Below, piece after piece: positions 1 to 9,640 of a stretch of DNA of 64,000 bases. This DNA is from an uncultured Ignavibacteriaceae bacterium (lineage in GTDB: Bacteria > Bacteroidota > Ignavibacteria > Ignavibacteriales > Ignavibacteriaceae): positions 4,763 through 68,762 of the forward strand of contig CAZHBJ010000001.1 of NCBI GenBank assembly GCA_964530445.1. The letters run 5' to 3'. Under the pieces are notes generated by a model. It did no database searches. It was not told where the DNA came from and saw only the letters and a program-made list of their open reading frames with translations. The stretch's first letter is position 1. Every line of letters starts with the position of its first letter. The position numbers and the translations under genes are program-made.

Positions 1-395
1 CGCAGGCCTAATTTATCTTTTATATCCGGCTTGGATAAAATTTCATTTATTTCGTTAACAGATAAAACAGGCGGGAGATGCTTTGCAAGTTTCGGAGTCG
101 GTACTTTTTCAATCGGATTTTCATTTATATACTTACATCCGAGCATATAGTTAAAAAATCCCTTTATTGATGAATAATATCTGGCCGCCGAACGGCTGTT
201 CAATCCTATATTAAATAATTCCTTAAAGAAAGTAATGAGATGTGAAGAATAAATTTTCGAAGGATCATCGATTTTGTAATCTTCCAAGAAACGAAAAAAT
301 GCGGAAATGTCGTTTTTATATGATTCAATTGTATTGTCGGAAAGATTTTTTTCAAGTTTTAATACGGACAGGTATTCTTTTAGGAAGATGTTCAT
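1..395 (-). CDS. Tyrosine recombinase, XerC/XerD family; N-terminal ~131 codons only, gene runs off the left edge
   Basis: Not in the ORF track because it is open at the window edge. Hand translation of the minus strand from the ATG at 395 gives MNIFLKEYLSVLKLEKNLSDNTIESYKNDISAFFRFLEDYKIDD...SRSAARYYSSIKGFFNYML...PKLAKHLPPVLSVNEINEILSKPDIKDKLGL. This is the N-terminal core-binding domain pattern of XerC/XerD. The ATG overlaps the TGA of the upstream gene (ATGA). Confidence 0.7.
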   Translation of the reverse strand, partial: MNIFLKEYLSVLKLEKNLSDNTIESYKNDISAFFRFLEDYKIDDPSKIYSSHLITFFKELFNIGLNSRSAARYYSSIKGFFNYMLGCKYINENPIEKVPTPKLAKHLPPVLSVNEINEILSKPDIKDKLGL

Positions 396-2602
396 TGCTT
401 GTCTTGCTTTTCGTCGGTTCCTTTTTCTATTTCATCCTGTTTCGGATATCTAATTCTCTTATGATGTTGTCCTACCAAAATACTTACGAATGCTTCTTTT
501 ATTTTGTTTAAGTCATTAAATGTAATAGGCGAATTATCAAGCTGCCCGTCTGCAACACGAGATTCAATGATGTTGTCAATCAGGTTTTCAACCTTTACCG
601 GGTCAGGCTCTTCAATGGAACGTACGGCAGACTCGCAGCCGTCGGCAAGCATAACAATTGTAGTTTCCTTGGAATTTGGTTTTGGACCGGGGTATTGAAA
701 ATCTTTTTTATCAACCTTTTCATCGCCATAAAGCTTTTTAGCCTTTTCATAAAAATAGGACATTGTTGTAGTGCCGTGATGCATCGGGATAAAATCGACT
801 ATTTCCTGAGGGAGGTTGTTTTCTTCTGCAAGTGCGATCCCTTCTTTAACATGTTTAGCTATTAAGCTTACACTTTCCTCGGGCGTAAGATTCTCGTGTA
901 CATTCTGATTATTAAGCTGATTTTCCACAAAATTCTGCGGAGTAATTGTTTTACCGATGTCATGATAATAAGCGCCCACTCTTGCCAGCAGCGGATTTGC
1001 ATTTATGTTTTCTGCAGCAGTTTCCGCCAGAGTTCCCATTGTCATAGAATGATTAAATGTACCCGGAGCTCTTCTTGCAAGCTCTTTTAATAACGGTCTG
1101 TCAAAATTGGAAAGCTCCAGCAGTGTAAGATCTGTGGTAATATTAAAAAATCTTTCGAAGAATATAAGCAGGCCGTAAGTAAGCACAGGGCTTATCAGCG
1201 CATTTGAACCTGCAAATGCAGATTCAATTAAAATATTTTCCAAAGAGTCAAATCTTTCAAAGCCGAATGCAAGAATTGCAATCAGGTAACCGATAAGAAT
1301 AAATAAAAACGATCTGAAAATTTGCGATCTGTTTTTAATATCTCTAACCGTATAAACCGAAAGCCCGCCTGCAAATAAATTCATTGCAGCGAATGTGTAG
1401 TCATTCCCCCGTAATGCGCCTGCAATTAATACAATAATTACCGTACAATAAAACCCGATGCGTGAATCAAAAATAATTGTGATCAGCATTGATAAGACGG
1501 GAATAAAAATCATGAATTGAAGCGGAGCATTGACGGCAATTTGGTTTATTAAGAATGTAATGAATGAAATAAAGATGACTATTATTGCAATTAACAATAC
1601 CTTTTGGTTATCGTAGAATAACTTTTTGCGAAATAAGAACAGGTAAATTGTTAATAGTGTTATTAGAAACGCTATGTGAAGAAACTTGCCAAAAAATTGC
1701 AGCAGGTTTCCTTCTCCTCCTACCTCTTCTCCTTTTGCCTGCTTAAAAGAATCTATTTTTAATTTATCTTCTTTTGTTATTCTATCATGTTTTCCAATAA
1801 TTCTTTCGTTCTCATTTACAATACCACTGTAACGAGAAACATTGCTTTTTGCTTGATTTAATTCTTCGTTAGTTAATTTGGCACTGTATATAATATTAGG
1901 GAAAATGAAATGAGAGGCATATTCCGTAACTGCTTGCTTTATTTCGTTAGGATAGCCGGTCATATTAATTTCATTACTTATCTCTTTACCGGCTTCATTT
2001 TCCGTTAAGAGAGAGTTTAAATGAGTTATCTTGTCAATATTTTTTGTTCTTATTGCAATACTGTCCCGCTCGATTTGCACTGAGTCTTTGTTTATAATCC
2101 CGTTTCGATATATATTTCCAAGTACGCCCTGTACCAGAGAGAATAATTTTTTAAAATTAAGAGAACGATTTGAAAGCATATTACGCTCTTCCCTTCTTAA
2201 TTTTTTAAAAGTACTAAAAGAAGGTGAGCTTAGAAAAGTCGGATTAGAATTTTGTAAATTTTTATTTGTTAAAGAACTGTCAATTGTTTTTAAAAGATAT
2301 GTATCGTAGGACTTTAACGAATCAATCGATTTTTGTAATTCATCATCTTTTTTTACAAAAACCGGGTAGACACTTTCAGAAGCAGCCTTTAATTCTGCTT
2401 TATATATTGCGGGATCTTTTAAAATTGGGAAACTGAAGGGGGCAATTAAATCATCATGTATCCAAATTGAACCGATAGATACGTCTGACTCAATTGATTG
2501 ACCCTTTGGAAACATCAATGCTATTAAAATTACGGAAACCAGTCCAATTAATAATTTTATTCTTAAACTATTTCTGAATCTTGATTGCTTTTTCTCAGCC
2601 AT
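392..2602 (-). CDS. 7TM receptor with intracellular HD phosphohydrolase domain (PgpH/YqfF-like, possible cyclic-di-AMP phosphodiesterase)
   Basis: 736-aa ORF with an ATG start. It has an N-terminal TM helix and a large extracytoplasmic region, then a cluster of about 7 TM helices in the middle. The C-terminal region carries HD-domain motifs (YYHDIGK, IPMHHGT). Confidence 0.8.
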   Translation of the reverse strand: MAEKKQSRFRNSLRIKLLIGLVSVILIALMFPKGQSIESDVSIGSIWIHDDLIAPFSFPILKDPAIYKAELKAASESVYPVFVKKDDELQKSIDSLKSYDTYLLKTIDSSLTNKNLQNSNPTFLSSPSFSTFKKLRREERNMLSNRSLNFKKLFSLVQGVLGNIYRNGIINKDSVQIERDSIAIRTKNIDKITHLNSLLTENEAGKEISNEINMTGYPNEIKQAVTEYASHFIFPNIIYSAKLTNEELNQAKSNVSRYSGIVNENERIIGKHDRITKEDKLKIDSFKQAKGEEVGGEGNLLQFFGKFLHIAFLITLLTIYLFLFRKKLFYDNQKVLLIAIIVIFISFITFLINQIAVNAPLQFMIFIPVLSMLITIIFDSRIGFYCTVIIVLIAGALRGNDYTFAAMNLFAGGLSVYTVRDIKNRSQIFRSFLFILIGYLIAILAFGFERFDSLENILIESAFAGSNALISPVLTYGLLIFFERFFNITTDLTLLELSNFDRPLLKELARRAPGTFNHSMTMGTLAETAAENINANPLLARVGAYYHDIGKTITPQNFVENQLNNQNVHENLTPEESVSLIAKHVKEGIALAEENNLPQEIVDFIPMHHGTTTMSYFYEKAKKLYGDEKVDKKDFQYPGPKPNSKETTIVMLADGCESAVRSIEEPDPVKVENLIDNIIESRVADGQLDNSPITFNDLNKIKEAFVSILVGQHHKRIRYPKQDEIEKGTDEKQDKQ

Positions 2603-2834
2603 TAGTTATTATTTTTTTTGAGTAAATTCTGGCAATTATAAAAAAAATATACCGTACAATAAAAAACCGTTCAAAATATTCTTATAAATATAATCTATAA
2701 AAGTATGTTTAAAAAATTTGACGTAAAGGGCAAAACAAAATTTGCATGTCAAAATATTGTCTTACCCTGCAAATTAATCATAAAACAATGCTAAGATAAA
2801 CAATCAAAAAAGAAATTGCTATTATGTTTTTAAA

Positions 2835-4583
2835 TCATTTTATTACTTCATCCCAGCCGATTGTAGATAGGTTTTTATAAATAATAATGGCCGAAATAAT
2901 TGCTGCAATCAAATATATTGAGAAAGCCGTGTAATCTCCGAAAATCAATTTGCCTGTTCCGAATAAAAACGAATAAACCAAAATGACTCCCAAAAACCAG
3001 TTTACAAACATTTTAAAGAACCCGGTATCGCTTTTAACATCAGGTAGTTTATCCGAAACTTTTTTCCAAAAAACACCTCCGGGATGAATTTTTCTGTAAA
3101 ATGAAAACAATACTTCGTCATCAACCGGTTTGGTTAGAAATGTAACGGTAATCCAAACAACAGTAGTTGATATAACAAGATAATATAGAGTGTATGGAAA
3201 TTTAATTCCCATACTCGATATGATAGGGAAGACAACAAACGGCGTTATCATTGCAGATATTTCCGACCATGCATTTATGCGCCACCAGAACCATCTTAAT
3301 ATTAAGACTGATCCGACACCGGCACCGCATTCCAAAATAAATTCCCACGCGCCGGAAATCCTATTAATAAACAAAGTAATAAATATTGAAACTATCATTA
3401 GCAGAATTGTAACAATTCTGGAAATTTTTACATAGTGTTTTTCATCTTTATCTTTTTTAACAAATCGACGGTAAAAATCATTTAAAATATAAGAACTACC
3501 CCAATTTAACTGGGTCGCAATTGTACTCATATATGCAGCAAAAAATGCAGCAACCAGCAATCCTTTTAATCCTACCGGGAGAAAATCTCTCATCGCATAA
3601 ATATACCCCATTCTTTTTGCATCCACAGCCAGATGAGGATAAAGAACTAAAGTTGCAAGTCCTACCAGAATCCACGGCCATGGTCTGATTCCGTATTGAG
3701 CGATCTGGAAAAAAAGAGTAGCAAACAGCGAATGCTTTTCATCTTTTGCAGACATCATTCTTTGGGCGATGTAACCGCCGCCGCCAGGTTCTGCACCGGG
3801 ATACCATGACGCCCACCATTGCAGTCCGATGTATGCAAGAAATGCGGTAACAGTTAAAGCAAAGGCGCCTCCCATTGATGTAGCACTTGTAATCGTTGGG
3901 AAGAAATCAAATACAAACGGCGGCAGTTTATGCTGAAGACCGGCAATTCCGCCGACTTGAGGTGAATTAACAACGAGTATTGCCAGTATAATTGTTCCAC
4001 CCATAGCCAGAAAAAATTGAAAGGCATCTGTAACTACGACGCCCCATAATCCGGATAATGCCGAATAGAATGCGACTAAAATCATGCAGCCGAATACATA
4101 AATCATAACTTGCGAAGCAGGAATTCCAAACATACCGATAAGAATAGATTCCATTGCTTTGTTAACCCAGCCCATTATTATAATATTCATGAACAAGCCG
4201 AGGTATAAAGCTCGAAAGCCCCGAAGAAATCTTGCCGGTTTACCCGAATAGCGAATTTCTGCAAATTCAACTTCAGTCATAATACCAGCACGGCGCCAAA
4301 GCTTAGCAAAGAAAAAAACCGTCAGCAAGCCGCCGAAAGCAAAATTCCACCAAATCCAGTTACCTGCAATTCCGTTTTTTGTAACAAGTTCCGTAACGGC
4401 GAGTGGTGTATCTGCAGCAAAAGTTGTGGCAACCATAGATAAGCCTGCAAGGTACCAAGGTAAATTTCTTCCCGATAAAAAAAACTCATCGGTACTTTTA
4501 CCTGCCCGTTTAGAATAGTATAATGCTATACCAATAGAAAACACAAAATATAAGAGTATGATTAGGTAGTCTAATAATTGCAA
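2835..4583 (-). CDS. Sodium:solute symporter (SSF) family transporter
   Basis: 582-aa polytopic ORF with a TTG start. The N-terminus is typical of the SSF family (DYLIILLYFVFSIGIALYYSKRAGKSTDEFFLSGRNLPWYLAGLSMVATTFAADTPL). Confidence 0.8.
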   Translation of the reverse strand: MQLLDYLIILLYFVFSIGIALYYSKRAGKSTDEFFLSGRNLPWYLAGLSMVATTFAADTPLAVTELVTKNGIAGNWIWWNFAFGGLLTVFFFAKLWRRAGIMTEVEFAEIRYSGKPARFLRGFRALYLGLFMNIIIMGWVNKAMESILIGMFGIPASQVMIYVFGCMILVAFYSALSGLWGVVVTDAFQFFLAMGGTIILAILVVNSPQVGGIAGLQHKLPPFVFDFFPTITSATSMGGAFALTVTAFLAYIGLQWWASWYPGAEPGGGGYIAQRMMSAKDEKHSLFATLFFQIAQYGIRPWPWILVGLATLVLYPHLAVDAKRMGYIYAMRDFLPVGLKGLLVAAFFAAYMSTIATQLNWGSSYILNDFYRRFVKKDKDEKHYVKISRIVTILLMIVSIFITLFINRISGAWEFILECGAGVGSVLILRWFWWRINAWSEISAMITPFVVFPIISSMGIKFPYTLYYLVISTTVVWITVTFLTKPVDDEVLFSFYRKIHPGGVFWKKVSDKLPDVKSDTGFFKMFVNWFLGVILVYSFLFGTGKLIFGDYTAFSIYLIAAIISAIIIYKNLSTIGWDEVIK

Positions 4584-4718
4584 AATAACCTCTTCTTGTT
4601 AATGGTTTTTATTAATGATTTATTATTAAATGAAAAGTTTACTATTTGTTAATATAAATGAATAGCACAAAATATTATTGTCAATTAAGATTTTAATATT
4701 ACCTAATTAATTTCCGTT

Positions 4719-7334
4719 TTAATTTTGAACAGCCTTTACGTTCCAGCCAGAAATTCTTATTCCGGGTTTTTTGTTTTTAAGGTCTTTTATGTAAAAATGT
4801 CCTTTTATAATTTTTGATTCACCGGGCAATAATGAAAAATAATTGTCGCTAAGAAAAATAGGCAATACAGGATTATCTTTATTTCCTGCAGTTACGGTTA
4901 AATCAATTGAAAATGCTAATTTATTTGTAGGATTTTTAATTTCCACTTCAACATATTCCAGAGAACCTGCTGATTTAAATTGATGTTTTACTTTTAAGTT
5001 AACTTCAGGCAGATTGTTTAATTCAGTAAGATCGGCAAATTGTTTTTCCGGTGTAACAAACCAGGTTGACTTTGCAGTATCTAATAAGTCCGGCTTTGTA
5101 GATAAACAATAGAAATTAGAACTTGCCGCTTTGTTATTTTTATATAATTTCAAATTAACAAAATAAGTCTTGCTTAGTCCTTTAATTTCAGGCAGTTTAA
5201 GTACTTGTTTCGATTCATTGGAATTTAAATTGCTTTTCAGTTCTTTTTCAAATTTTTTAGTCAGATCAAAATTTAAAATGGTAACCTTTGCCGTTAAGTT
5301 TTTATATTCATTTAGTGTATTATTAATTAGGTCGATTGAATTATTTTCATAATTATATTGAATATGAACCGGCTCACCTGCTTTTCTAGCTCCGTAAAAT
5401 GCTCCGTTCGGCATTAAATAATAATCGTACAACTGCCACCATAATTTTGGCCATGCGGAATTGTACATCCACTGAATTACGCCGGTAGATTTAAATTTAT
5501 TTGCATCGAAAGCTTCATACATTGCCCGCATTGCTTCATAGTTTGTGTACTGTGCTTTCCGTTCGTAATCTTCAAGATTTTCCGGTGTGCCAAGCCGTTT
5601 GTCTATCGCTTCATTATATCTTGTTAGATGTTTAAATCTACCCCTGCTGCAGTGGTAATACCATTCACTGTTTATTGGCCAAAGAGAATCTTCGGGAATC
5701 ATTTTTCTTAAACTTTCAATCGGTGGAACTTGAGGACCGGGTCCGGTTTCCGTATTGAATCCGAAAGCCCCTCCATACTTTTTATCAACGTACCAATAAT
5801 TGGGCGGAACATAATTGTAAGGCCCTCTCATTTTAACGGCTGTTTTTCCGGTAAGTGTGCTTGTATGTTCTGCGGCAGATGCAATACACGGTCTTGTTGG
5901 GTCGTACTTTGATAGTATTGCCAAATATTTTTTTTCAAGTTCAGGTCTTGGGAACTTATCGCTTCCATACAACCATAAGAAGATGCTTGGATGATTTCTC
6001 AGCCAAAGAATTTGATCTTTCCATGAGCGGGAAGCAATTTGCATATCTTCCTGAGTTTTTATTCCACCGTATTTATCCACCGGTTTACCCAGCAGTCCTT
6101 CCCATTCCCATTGGCAGCTCCAGCCAACCATTATTAAAATCCCCTTTTCATCGCATAAGTTATAAATATCCTGGTTTTCGCCCCAGAATCCTTCCAATCT
6201 TATTGCATTTAAATTCATCTGTTTAGCATAATCAATTTGGGCTGCAAGGTTTGAATAAGTATTATTCAGCAGCATATTATCAGCCCAGCCGCCGCCGCGA
6301 ATTAAAATTTTCTTACCGTTTAATTTAAAACCGCGAAATCCTTGTTTGGTAAAATAATCTGTTACTTCACGGATGCCGAATCTAATATCTTTCTTATCCG
6401 ATATTTGATTATCGGTTTTAAATGTCAGCGTCAAATCATATAATTCAGGCTTGCCGAAATCATTTGTCCACCATAATCGAGGATTTTTTATAATCAATTG
6501 AGAATATTCATCCGGTTTAAAAGTTATTATTTTTGTTTCGTCGGGCAATAAAGAAATATTTTTATGAAATTCAATTGAGCCGATCTTACCATATAAAATT
6601 CCGGCAATATTTTTATTCGAATTGTTTTGTACTTCGGCAGAAACAGTAAGCCGGGCTTTTTTAAGAGTCACAGTATCAACTTTTGTTTGAATATAAGGAT
6701 GATTAATTGAAACATCGCCGCTTAATTTTAAGTTAACTCCGCGCCACAAACCCATATTACTGTCCGGCGGTTCGGGATTCCAATCAACAAAACCTATAGT
6801 CGGATCGCCTTTTTTAGGAGGAATAACTTCTACGGCAAGTACATTTTTATCTCCGAACTTTGCGGCATTACTTATATTTATTTCAAATCTTCTAAATGAT
6901 CCTTTAGTAGTATCCGGGCCGGCAATCTGTTTCCCGTTCAGCCATATATTTGCATAATAATTAATTCCGTTGAATTCGAGTTTCGCGGTTGTTATATCTT
7001 TGTCTTTTGGAATTGTAAACTCAATTCTATACCACCAGGGCTTTGTAAATTGTTCACGCGGTATTTTATCCAGGTTTTTCGAAAAGAAAATATTTTTATA
7101 AACCGAATCCTTTACAAGTGCTGCTAAAACAGTTGTGGGAACTTCGGCCGGAAGCCACCCTTTTGTAGAAAATCCTATTTCGGAAATCTCATTCCCATCT
7201 GTATTAACTTTTTCGGAAGATTGGATCCGCCAGCCTTTTTTTAATTTAATTTTAAAATGATTCTTATTTATACCGGACGAAATTGAAGTTAGCATAATAG
7301 AAAAAATTAGAACTGCTAATAATTTACCGGACAT
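4719..7334 (-). CDS. Secreted glycoside hydrolase family 2, exo-beta-D-glucosaminidase (CsxA)-like or beta-mannosidase-like
   Basis: 871 aa with a signal peptide (MSGKLLAVLIFSIMLTSISSG). GH2 sugar-binding region: WYRIEF...INYYANIWLNG. The segments DWNPEPPDSNMGLWRGVNL and NAIRLEGFWGENQDIYNLCDEKGILIMVGWSCQWEWE resemble the CsxA-type acid/base region. Confidence 0.7.
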   Translation of the reverse strand: MSGKLLAVLIFSIMLTSISSGINKNHFKIKLKKGWRIQSSEKVNTDGNEISEIGFSTKGWLPAEVPTTVLAALVKDSVYKNIFFSKNLDKIPREQFTKPWWYRIEFTIPKDKDITTAKLEFNGINYYANIWLNGKQIAGPDTTKGSFRRFEINISNAAKFGDKNVLAVEVIPPKKGDPTIGFVDWNPEPPDSNMGLWRGVNLKLSGDVSINHPYIQTKVDTVTLKKARLTVSAEVQNNSNKNIAGILYGKIGSIEFHKNISLLPDETKIITFKPDEYSQLIIKNPRLWWTNDFGKPELYDLTLTFKTDNQISDKKDIRFGIREVTDYFTKQGFRGFKLNGKKILIRGGGWADNMLLNNTYSNLAAQIDYAKQMNLNAIRLEGFWGENQDIYNLCDEKGILIMVGWSCQWEWEGLLGKPVDKYGGIKTQEDMQIASRSWKDQILWLRNHPSIFLWLYGSDKFPRPELEKKYLAILSKYDPTRPCIASAAEHTSTLTGKTAVKMRGPYNYVPPNYWYVDKKYGGAFGFNTETGPGPQVPPIESLRKMIPEDSLWPINSEWYYHCSRGRFKHLTRYNEAIDKRLGTPENLEDYERKAQYTNYEAMRAMYEAFDANKFKSTGVIQWMYNSAWPKLWWQLYDYYLMPNGAFYGARKAGEPVHIQYNYENNSIDLINNTLNEYKNLTAKVTILNFDLTKKFEKELKSNLNSNESKQVLKLPEIKGLSKTYFVNLKLYKNNKAASSNFYCLSTKPDLLDTAKSTWFVTPEKQFADLTELNNLPEVNLKVKHQFKSAGSLEYVEVEIKNPTNKLAFSIDLTVTAGNKDNPVLPIFLSDNYFSLLPGESKIIKGHFYIKDLKNKKPGIRISGWNVKAVQN

Positions 7335-7478
7335 TGAAGTACCTTATAAAATTGATTAAAGTTGGCATTAAAAATATAAATTTTTGGAACTTATTCTACT
7401 AATTAAACTGCATAAAATCTAAAAATATAAATATGATTTGGGATAATTATAAGTAATAACTACAACTTTATACTTTTT

Positions 7479-9629
7479 TTATAAAACCAAAACTAAAGAA
7501 ATAAAAGAAATGACCGCTATAATAAATCCGGTTATTTGTAAGCCGGCTAACGGAATAAAAAACAAACTTGCCGCTATTGAACCCAAGCAGCCGCCGATTA
7601 AATCGGCAGAGTAAAGAGGTGAAACAATCAACTTTTGTTCCTTCACTTTGTAGAAGCCTGCAAAAGCGAAAATTCCCGCTACAAAAGAACCTGAAATTGC
7701 TAATAAAATGGAAATACCTATTAAGCCGAATTCAAATTTTCCAATTGTTAAAATGAAAGCCAAATTAAAAAGTCCGAAGCCTGCAAACAATGCAGTTCCG
7801 ACCCACCGGGAAATTAACAATTTATTATTTCGTTTCTGAGCAAAGTTATTAATTGAATATGAACCTAAAACAAGGCCCGCCATAAAAGCCATCAATAAAA
7901 TACCGATATCCCTGAATAAGATTCCATTTGTAACCTGGTAATGTAATATTAAGATTGTTTCAAACACCATTCCTAAAAAGCCTGCAATAAATACTATAAT
8001 AAATCTTCTGATTTTAGGCGAGAACTTTCCGATCAAGAAAATAATTAGTATTGGAATTGTAAGTAAAAAATATATTAAAAGATGAGTTTTTGAGCTTGGA
8101 TCGAAAAGAGAAAAATTGAGAGAATTGATATCGGGGAAAAATTTAGACAGCCATATCGCAATAGAGTATTGATAGCAAATTGGTCTTGAATCGGTATTTA
8201 CCGGAGCTAAGTTATTTGATAAAATATTTTCTATTTCAAATTTTCTATCGTTAGTATAAATGTATTTTACATATTGCGGTGTAATTAATTTTGTTTTAAA
8301 GTTTCTTTCATTCAATCTATTAGCCAATATATTTCCATCACTAGAAAGTTGCGAATTGGAAGAGATGAATATATTTGTAACTCCCGGTAAAACTACTATT
8401 GAGTTAAAAGCCGAGTTTAATGCCCGATATATACTGACGTTTCTCGAAATAAGCGGAGGCGGCCATATGTTTTCGGAAGAGCGGAGTCTGAAAGATAAAA
8501 CACCTTCCTTATTCAATCTTTTGGAACATAATTCAAAAAATTCCTTAGTATAAAATCTATTTGTCTGACCTGACGAAGGCTCCGGCATTCCAATTAAAAT
8601 CACGTCATATTTAAAATAATTATTTAAATATTTTCTCGGATCATCAATTATAATTTTTAAATTATTCTTATTAAACGAAACAGGTAAGTATTTTTTAAGC
8701 AGCATTAACTTGTCTCTATTAAATTCAACATAGATAATTTTTTTAAGTTTGTATTTGTTAAGTTCATTTATAATTCCTTCAAACCCGCCGCCTAAAACCA
8801 AAACTGTCTTAGGATTTTCATGTTGAAGAAGACTAAAATGAACAAATTCTTCGGCGGCAGTACTTTCTGTTTCATAAGTTAGGGCATCATTTTCAAAAAC
8901 AGATATTTGATTTCCCGAAGATGTAAGAGATATTCTACCGTATGGAGTATCTTTTGCTTCAATAAGATCCGGATGATTTATCTCCGTCATTTGTTTATCA
9001 AACGAAGATGAAAATAAGAGGAAGGGGGTTGTAAATATTAAACTGATGAGAACAACAGCTTTGTATAAATTGCTATTTACATTCTTTGCATATATGTAAG
9101 CAAGTCCAAAGGAAATCACAGTACAAACAACTGCTATTGTAAAATTTTGTATTCCGAACTTTATTGTTAATGTTGAAATCAAACCGCCGAGTACGCCGCC
9201 GAAACTTTCAACTGCATAAGCTTTTGCAAGTGTCTTGTTCCGTTCAATATAAATTTTTGCAGCCCACTGAAACATTAATCCGGTAAGGAAACTTGCCGGA
9301 ATAAGCGCAGCGGCTAGTGCAGTTATCTGAATTTCAAATGGAAGAAAAACACCCGGTACATAGCCCGATAAATATCTTAGCGAACGAATGAAGTAAACAT
9401 CCGATATTAAAAGAATGCCAAACAAAAAGGCAGGAAGACTAATTTGTTTTTTCGTAGGAGTAAATGATTTTTTGCCGGCTATTGCGCCGATTGAAGTTCC
9501 GAAAAGCCAGAATCCGAAAGAAAGGATATAAATTAATTCAATACCGTAAAAAGCAACGTTTAATTCTCTAAGTATAATTACTTGTCCGAGAATTGAAACT
9601 AACCCGACTATTAAAAGATAAAAAGACAC
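7479..9629 (-). CDS. Polytopic membrane protein with a central spermidine synthase-like (SpeE fold) domain
   Basis: 716 aa with a GTG start 11 nt after the upstream stop. About 7 predicted TM helices are N-terminal and about 6 are C-terminal. They flank a soluble domain containing VLVLGGGFEGIINEL and YDVILIGMPEPSSGQTNRFYTKEFFELCSKRLNKEGVL, which is the SpeE-like layout. Confidence 0.65.
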   Translation of the reverse strand: MSFYLLIVGLVSILGQVIILRELNVAFYGIELIYILSFGFWLFGTSIGAIAGKKSFTPTKKQISLPAFLFGILLISDVYFIRSLRYLSGYVPGVFLPFEIQITALAAALIPASFLTGLMFQWAAKIYIERNKTLAKAYAVESFGGVLGGLISTLTIKFGIQNFTIAVVCTVISFGLAYIYAKNVNSNLYKAVVLISLIFTTPFLLFSSSFDKQMTEINHPDLIEAKDTPYGRISLTSSGNQISVFENDALTYETESTAAEEFVHFSLLQHENPKTVLVLGGGFEGIINELNKYKLKKIIYVEFNRDKLMLLKKYLPVSFNKNNLKIIIDDPRKYLNNYFKYDVILIGMPEPSSGQTNRFYTKEFFELCSKRLNKEGVLSFRLRSSENIWPPPLISRNVSIYRALNSAFNSIVVLPGVTNIFISSNSQLSSDGNILANRLNERNFKTKLITPQYVKYIYTNDRKFEIENILSNNLAPVNTDSRPICYQYSIAIWLSKFFPDINSLNFSLFDPSSKTHLLIYFLLTIPILIIFLIGKFSPKIRRFIIVFIAGFLGMVFETILILHYQVTNGILFRDIGILLMAFMAGLVLGSYSINNFAQKRNNKLLISRWVGTALFAGFGLFNLAFILTIGKFEFGLIGISILLAISGSFVAGIFAFAGFYKVKEQKLIVSPLYSADLIGGCLGSIAASLFFIPLAGLQITGFIIAVISFISLVLVL

Positions 9630-9640
9630 ATTTTTTCTTT

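Noticed and set aside
1-395. Tyrosine recombinase at the window edge as a marker of an integrated mobile element
   Set aside because: The N-terminal domain pattern is XerC/XerD-like, and the gene is translationally coupled (ATGA) to a housekeeping membrane hydrolase gene. No att-like repeats, tRNA or phage genes are nearby. The rest of the gene is outside the window, so this cannot be fully excluded.
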